From positions 77,214 to 141,213 of the forward strand of contig CAWEBF010000025.1 of NCBI GenBank assembly GCA_963807235.1: a stretch of DNA of 64,000 nucleotides. The letters run 5' to 3'. A program made the position numbers and the translations under genes. Below, in pieces: positions 59,116 to 64,000 of this stretch (positions are counted from its first letter, which is position 1; each line of letters begins with the position of its first letter). The notes under the pieces are model-generated. The model was not told the DNA's origin and made no database searches. It saw only the letters and a program-made list of their open reading frames with translations. The DNA is from an uncultured Acidobacteriota bacterium (GTDB lineage: Bacteria > Acidobacteriota > Vicinamibacteria > Vicinamibacterales > UBA2999).

Positions 59116-59472
59116 ATGGCCAAGAAGAGCCCGGACGCGTTTCTACCCCTGAAGAGCAATTGGTTTCACATTCTGCTCTGTCTCGTCGAGGGCGAGCAGC
59201 ACGGCTACGGCATCATGCAGAACGTGCTGGAGCGCAGCGGCGGCAAGGTAACCCTCTGGCCCGCGACGTTGTACGGATCGTTGAAGCGGCTCATCCTGGC
59301 GGGGTTGATCGCCGAATCGGGCGACCGACCGGCGCCGGAGTTCGACGACGCACGACGTCGGTACTACAAGTTGACGCCGCTGGGCCGGCGCGTCCTCGAT
59401 CTCGAGAGCCAGCGGCTCAAGGACCTGGTCCGGATACTCGACACAAGGCGACGGCAGGAGGCGCGCTCGTGA
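59116..59472 (+). CDS. PadR-family transcriptional regulator
   Basis: ORF 59116..59472. Signature FHILLCLVEGEQHGYGIMQNV...ATLYGSLKRLILAGLI...RRRYYKLT. Confidence 0.85.
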   Translation: MAKKSPDAFLPLKSNWFHILLCLVEGEQHGYGIMQNVLERSGGKVTLWPATLYGSLKRLILAGLIAESGDRPAPEFDDARRRYYKLTPLGRRVLDLESQRLKDLVRILDTRRRQEARS

Positions 59473-60161
59473 GGCCTTTGGTGAGCGGCTGCGGCCGGCT
59501 GTATCGGCGCGTCGCACGCGCGTTTCCTGAAGAGTTCAGGGCGGTGTGCGGTGACGGCCTCGAACAGCTCGGGCAAGACGTCGTGCCGCTGGTCTGGCAG
59601 CAGCGAGGCGTTGTCGGCCTGGTGCGCCTCTTTTCCGATCTCGCCGTGCGGTTGCCCTACGAGTATCTCTCGTCTCTGATCGAGAAGCTGAAGGAGGTCA
59701 CCATGAGTGGCGACGTGTTTGAAGGGACGTGGAAAGCGAGGATCGACGATTCGCAGTGGGACACGGGCAACCCGACGCCTCAGCAGGCCTGCGTGCGATT
59801 CGAGGCTACGGACACGGGTTACCTCATGGTCGCGTATGGAATTGTTGACGGCCAGGCGGTGGCGGAACGTCCTCAAGCGATCAGTACGGACGGGCGGCGC
59901 CGGCCCCTCCTCGATCTCGGCGGCCGTCCGATTCCGGGGGTTCCAGCAGGTGCTGTGGGCTTTTGCAGCCGCCCGGATCCTCAGACTCTGCAACTAGGAA
60001 CCGAGGCCGACGGAAAGATACTTGGCGCGGGAACGTTCAAAGTGTCAGCGGACGGAAAGACGCTGACCGCGACCAACGAAGGCGTCGGCCTCAAGGGGCC
60101 ATTTAAGGTCGTCATGGTCTTGGAGCGCGTCGTCCCCGATCCGTACGTGCCGCAAAGCTGA
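59469..60161 (+). CDS. PadR-coupled protein: permease-type prefix (LYRRVARAFPEEFR…) plus small beta-rich (lipocalin-like) domain; possibly two genes
   Basis: GTG 59469 overlaps the PadR stop (GTGA) inside ORF 59070..60161. An internal AAGGAGG sits 5 nt before ATG 59703 (MSGDVFEGTWKARIDD…SADGKTLTATNEG…). Confidence 0.5.
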   Translation: MRPLVSGCGRLYRRVARAFPEEFRAVCGDGLEQLGQDVVPLVWQQRGVVGLVRLFSDLAVRLPYEYLSSLIEKLKEVTMSGDVFEGTWKARIDDSQWDTGNPTPQQACVRFEATDTGYLMVAYGIVDGQAVAERPQAISTDGRRRPLLDLGGRPIPGVPAGAVGFCSRPDPQTLQLGTEADGKILGAGTFKVSADGKTLTATNEGVGLKGPFKVVMVLERVVPDPYVPQS

Positions 60162-60168
60162 TTCGCGC

Positions 60169-60707
60169 ATGCGGCGCCTGCGTGCCGTGCTCGTTTTGCT
60201 CCTGACGCCAGCCGCCGTGTGCCAGGCGCAGGATACCGCTCGCATGGAGCAGGTGGTGCAGTCCTTTGCCACCAGCAAGACCTTCAGCGGCTCGATCCTG
60301 GTGGCGCGCGGCGACCAGGTGATCCGGCGTTCGCTGGACGCAAGGCGCTCGATCCGAGGCTGCTGCGCCGCATTGTCGAACGTGCGCACGCCGGCGGCCT
60401 GCGTGTGTCGGCGCACATCGTCAACGGCGCCGACTTCCGCAACGCCGTGAACGCCGGCGTGGACGAAATCGTGCACATCCCCGCCTGGGGGGCATTTCCC
60501 GCTGTTGAACAACGGATGGCTCAAATCGCCACCACTGCGCTCGACGAAGCGGGCATCCGGCAGATTGCAGCCGATTTGGCGGGGTTGATCCGGCTGATCC
60601 GTTGGACGACTGGCGCAACACCCGGCGAATCAAGCTGCGGTTCAAGCAGGGCGTGGAGGTCATCCATAATCGATAGCTGTGGTCATATGGAGACGCTGAC
60701 GGCCTGA
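60169..60707 (+). pseudogene. mosaic of gene remnants: the 5' end of a serine-hydrolase gene joined to internal and C-terminal amidohydrolase fragments
   Basis: ORF 60169..60450 gives a signal peptide plus MEQVVQSFATSKTFSGSILVARGDQVI. ORF 60219..60707 gives LLRRIVERAHAGGLRVSAHIVNGADFRNAVNAGVDEIVHIPAW. A third frame gives LDDWRNTRRIKLRFKQGVEVIHNR-stop. Confidence 0.5.
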
Positions 60708-60713
60708 AGCGGC

Positions 60714-63386
60714 TTATTCGTGTCGCAACGTGCGCATGGGATCGACCTTCGCTGCGCGCGCAGCGGGAATCCACGTCGCGAACAGGCACGCCGCCACGAT
60801 CACGCCGAGACTCGCGAGATAGGCGACCGGATCGGTGACATGCACGATTTGCGAGATCAGCGCGCCGGCCGGCGTCGCGAGCACCGCCGTTGCGAGTGCT
60901 GCGGCAAGCGCTGCGCCCGCGATCAGACCAGCCATCACCGGCCGCGTCGTCTGGGCGATCATCAATTGCGTCACCGAGCGCGCGGACGCCCCGAGCGCCA
61001 TTCGTACGCCAATCTCGCGGGTCCGCTGCTCGACCAGATATGACAGCACGCTGAACAGCCCCGATACGGTCAGCAGCAATGCGAGCCCGCCGAGCACGAG
61101 CGACACCCAGAACGCGATCTGCAGGAAGAGCGTCTCGAGCCTTGCCACCGTGCGCATGGTGATAATCGTCGCCATGTTCGGATCGACCCTGGTCAGACGG
61201 TCGAGCAGCGCTTGCCGCGCCAGGTTCGGCTCGCCCTGCACGCGTGCCACGATCGACGTCTTCGCTACGTCGAGGCCTGTGGGAAGGAATACGCCGGCCT
61301 CCTTGATGCCAGTGATGCGGAATCCGCGCACGTCTCGAGCCACCCCAATCACCGTGACCATGCGCGTCTGCAGCGGCCCTTCATCGGCGGGCGCACCGGG
61401 ATTGATCCTGAGGAACCCGCCGGGCGGCTGAACGCCGGAATCCGGTTCGAGCCGGAACGTTTCGCCCACGCCCCTGCCATCGGGCCACAACGCCCGCGCC
61501 ACGGATTCGGAGACGATCGCCACCGGATGATGGTCGCGTTCCCACGGCATGAACGCGCGGCCGCGCACGATGGGGATGTCGAGCACATCGAAGTACGAAC
61601 TCGAAACGGATTTGAACACCACCGGCGTCTTGCCGGCGCCAGCGTCGACCCAGCCAACGCGCAACGGCGCGAGCAACTGCGGCCTGACGGCAGCGTATGC
61701 GGTGATCGTCGCGTCGCTCGTAATTGCCTGGGTCATCGCCGCGCGCTTCGGCTCGCTGGTGATGTCGATCAACACCGTATCGGCGGTCCGTAAACCCGGA
61801 TCGACTCGAGCAGAGGCGATTGTGCTGCGCAGAAAGATGGCCGCGCAGATCACCAGCAGCGACGATGCGAACACCTGCATACCGATCAGCGCGTTGCGCG
61901 CGCGACCCGGTCGCGCGCCTTTGACCAGCTCCCCGCGGAGCGTCCGTACCGGGTGGATCGCCGTCGCGTGCAGCGCGGGCATCAGCGCGAAGAATCCGGT
62001 GGCCGCCACCGCGGCGACCACGAGAAACACCGCAACCCGCCAGTCGGCCGCCGGCACGCTGAGGTTGATGTCGCCAATATCGACCGGCATCGTCCGCAGT
62101 GCCCAGTAAACTGCGCCCTCGAGGGCGAGGCGCGAGATCAGGTAACCGCCCGCAGCCGCCGCCAGCGCCAGCAGCACGCTCTCGGTCATCAGCTGCTGGA
62201 CAATGCGCCGGCGCGATGCACCAAGCGAGAGTCGAATGCCGATCTCCCGCTGCCGAGCCACTCCCCGCGCCAGCAACAGGTTGGCGACGTTGGCGCAGGC
62301 GATCATCAGGATCAATCCGAAGGCGACGAAGAGCGGTGCGAAGACCGCGACGGCTTCCAGCGGCTGCGGGATGGTTCCGCGGCGTGGCACCAGGTCAAGG
62401 CTCGTGGAGCGGCGGTCGCCGGTGTCCGCCGACTGGTTCGAATCCCAGGCCGCCAGTTGCGCGCGAGCCTGCTCCTTCGACACGCCCGGTCTCAGCCGGC
62501 CGACGATCTCCACGCCGGCCTCGACTTCGCGGCCGCGATCGGGCGGCCGGAACTGCCCCAGCTGCGATAACGGTGCCCAGAGATCGGGGCCGCCCTCCTC
62601 GAGGCCGCGGAATCCATCGGGGGTAACGCCGATGATCTCGAACGGCGCGCCGTTGACGAGCACTGTCCGGCCGAGCACGTTCGGGTCACGATTGAAATGC
62701 CGATCCCACCCCTTGTGGCTCAGCACGATCACGGCGTTGCCGCCCGAACGCGTCTCGTCGGCCGGCATGAGGGCGCGGCCTATGACCGGATTGACGCGAA
62801 CGACCTGAAAGAAATTCCCGGTGACGAGCGTGACCGCCATTCTCCGGCCGTCGACGTAAAGATTGATCCCGAGTACGGTGGCGTAGGCGTCTGTGAAGAC
62901 ATGCGTGTCGGCTCGCATGGCGTCGAACATCGGACGCGCCAGCAGCGAGGGATCGCCGTTGGCCTTCTGGGTCCGCTCGACCGCGTACATCTCGCCGACG
63001 TCGGGCACCTGGTCGACGCGAAAGATGAGCGTATTGAGAATGGTGAACAGCACCGCCACCACGCCAAGTCCGATGGCCACCGTTACGACGATGGTGAATG
63101 CGGCGAGCGGCGCCTTGGTGAAGGTGCGCAACGCGTACTGAACGTCGCGAATGGTGTTGTCGATGACCGCGGTGCCGCGCTCGTCGCGGCAGCGATCGGC
63201 CGCCAGCGCCGTCGATCCGAAGCGCGCCTGCGCGCGTTCGCGTGCCTCTGCCGGCGTCATGCCTTCATCGATCAGCTTTCTGGCCTCGCGCTCGATGTGG
63301 AAGGCGAGCTCCTCGTCGAGCTCCTGCTCGACGCGGTTGGGCCTGAACAACGCACGTACCCTCAGTTTCAGGTCGTTGAATGTCAT
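60714..63386 (-). CDS. ADOP-like duplicated MacB/FtsX permease, copy 6, intact
   Basis: ATG 63386 lies inside ORF 60714..63431 and overlaps the PadR stop (ATGA). The prefix reads VEQELDEELAFHIEREARKLIDEGMTPAEARERAQARFG. It has two FtsX blocks and ends WIPAARAAKVDPMRTLRHE. Confidence 0.85.
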   Translation of the reverse strand: MTFNDLKLRVRALFRPNRVEQELDEELAFHIEREARKLIDEGMTPAEARERAQARFGSTALAADRCRDERGTAVIDNTIRDVQYALRTFTKAPLAAFTIVVTVAIGLGVVAVLFTILNTLIFRVDQVPDVGEMYAVERTQKANGDPSLLARPMFDAMRADTHVFTDAYATVLGINLYVDGRRMAVTLVTGNFFQVVRVNPVIGRALMPADETRSGGNAVIVLSHKGWDRHFNRDPNVLGRTVLVNGAPFEIIGVTPDGFRGLEEGGPDLWAPLSQLGQFRPPDRGREVEAGVEIVGRLRPGVSKEQARAQLAAWDSNQSADTGDRRSTSLDLVPRRGTIPQPLEAVAVFAPLFVAFGLILMIACANVANLLLARGVARQREIGIRLSLGASRRRIVQQLMTESVLLALAAAAGGYLISRLALEGAVYWALRTMPVDIGDINLSVPAADWRVAVFLVVAAVAATGFFALMPALHATAIHPVRTLRGELVKGARPGRARNALIGMQVFASSLLVICAAIFLRSTIASARVDPGLRTADTVLIDITSEPKRAAMTQAITSDATITAYAAVRPQLLAPLRVGWVDAGAGKTPVVFKSVSSSYFDVLDIPIVRGRAFMPWERDHHPVAIVSESVARALWPDGRGVGETFRLEPDSGVQPPGGFLRINPGAPADEGPLQTRMVTVIGVARDVRGFRITGIKEAGVFLPTGLDVAKTSIVARVQGEPNLARQALLDRLTRVDPNMATIITMRTVARLETLFLQIAFWVSLVLGGLALLLTVSGLFSVLSYLVEQRTREIGVRMALGASARSVTQLMIAQTTRPVMAGLIAGAALAAALATAVLATPAGALISQIVHVTDPVAYLASLGVIVAACLFATWIPAARAAKVDPMRTLRHE

Positions 63387-63712
63387 GCGAGCTTCATCAC
63401 GCGGCCGATGGCGTTTGCCATGCGTTCCCATTCCCGCGCTTCGACCGCGAGTTGACGGCGGCCCGACGCGGTAAGGTGGTAATACTTGGCGCGGCGGCCC
63501 AGCTCCGAGACCTTCCAGTCGGCCTCGATCCAGCCCTGGTGCTCGAGACGATGGAGGGCCGGATACAGCGAGCCCTGATTGATCTGCAGGACGTCTTGGG
63601 AAATCTGCTGGACGCGCTCGGAGACGGCCCAGCCATGCAGGGCATCCTTCTGCAGCGTGCGCAGGATCAACAGATCGAGCGTGCCGGGCAGCAAATCGGG
63701 TGTTCTCGCCAT
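63383..63712 (-). CDS. PadR-family transcriptional regulator
   Basis: ATG 63712 lies inside ORF 63383..63883. Signature LPGTLDLLILRTLQKDALHGWAVSERV...GSLYPALHRLEHQGWI...RRAKYYHLT. Confidence 0.85.
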   Translation of the reverse strand: MARTPDLLPGTLDLLILRTLQKDALHGWAVSERVQQISQDVLQINQGSLYPALHRLEHQGWIEADWKVSELGRRAKYYHLTASGRRQLAVEAREWERMANAIGRVMKLA

Positions 63713-63718
63713 GGTGTA

Positions 63719-63756
63719 GACAGTCGACACTACAAAGTCTTGGTGTCGACTGTCAA
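63719..63756 (-). promoter_or_regulatory. sigma70-like promoter overlapped by a 12-bp perfect inverted repeat (putative PadR operator)
   Basis: On the minus strand: TTGACA (63756-63751), an 18-nt spacer, then TAGTGT (63732-63727). GACAGTCGACAC (63754-63743) and GTGTCGACTGTC (63730-63719) are separated by 12 nt. The ATG is at 63712. Confidence 0.5.
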
Positions 63757-63774
63757 CACCAAGCCTGCCAAAGA

Positions 63775-64000
63775 TGAGACGAGCGCGATGGCGCTGAGGT
63801 TCCTCGCGTTGCTGTTTGGCCGCGTTCGCCAGCTCGTAGGCAATGAACCGGGCGATGTGCTCCTCGAGGACGGGCAGCGGCACCGAACCGATGGCGAGAA
63901 TGGTGTCGTGGTGGCGACGCTGATCGAACTTCGCGCCGAGCTTCTCCTATGCCTCGGCTCGTACGGTTATCCGGATGTGGCCTTTGCAAGTCTTCGCCAT
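63775..64000 (-). pseudogene. C-terminal remnant of a DUF885-like gene (continues beyond the window), with an in-frame TAG and no stop of its own
   Basis: The minus-strand frame reads …RAEA*EKLGAKFDQRRHHDTILAIGSVPLPVLEEHIARFIAYELANAAKQQ. TAG is at 63947-63949. The frame stays open into the PadR gene. Confidence 0.4.

Noticed and set aside
62431-62450. A tRNA-like T-arm sequence, GGTTCGAATCC.
   Set aside because: It lies inside the intact ADOP copy 6 coding frame. It is flanked by only a 4-bp stem, and no acceptor, D or anticodon arms can be drawn around it.
1-64000. A search for CRISPR arrays, rRNA/tRNA genes, transposases, integrases, phage genes or known defence systems.
   Set aside because: I saw no regularly spaced direct repeats, no structured-RNA signatures, and no ORFs with DDE, tyrosine-recombinase or serine-recombinase hallmarks. 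Fic and the Lhr helicase occur singly, without the partner genes expected for toxin-antitoxin or defence islands.

Overview
This is a 64-kb, very GC-rich bacterial chromosome segment with about 55 protein-coding genes. I could not recognise any rRNA, tRNA, CRISPR array, transposase or integrase.

The gene content suggests Acidobacteriota, but this is inference only. It includes six MacB/FtsX-type duplicated 'orphan' permeases (ADOP-like), five PadR regulators translationally coupled to the gene behind them, and many exported beta-propeller, MBL-fold and FN3 proteins.

- 1-19 kb is mostly housekeeping: a metX-metY-CoA-binding operon, OsmC, a flavoprotein, a pseudouridine synthase, NUDIX, folD and an Lhr helicase.
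- 19-31 kb carries a tannase-family paralogue, an MBL-fold protein, Fic, DUF1835, an NHL propeller and a four-gene sugar ABC importer.
- 31-64 kb is an accessory-looking patchwork of PadR/ADOP modules, an ECF sigma/VOC-domain pair, hydrolases and gene remnants.

Roughly 30 single-nucleotide frame corrections are needed to read proteins that are clearly homologous to their paralogues or families. Several corrections sit in homopolymer runs, which is an assembly-error signature. However, they are strongly concentrated in paralogous families and come with in-frame TAG codons and deletion remnants, so some loci look like genuine pseudogenes.

The most interesting signal is an exported three-gene cassette: a small protein with a mature N-terminal His-His, plus two uncharacterised exported proteins. 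It occurs twice with permuted gene order, on either side of a decayed PadR-ADOP pair. A third solo copy of the small protein lies next to another ADOP/PadR locus.

Because of the GC content all six frames carry long shadow ORFs. I called only ORFs with recognisable protein-like sequence.
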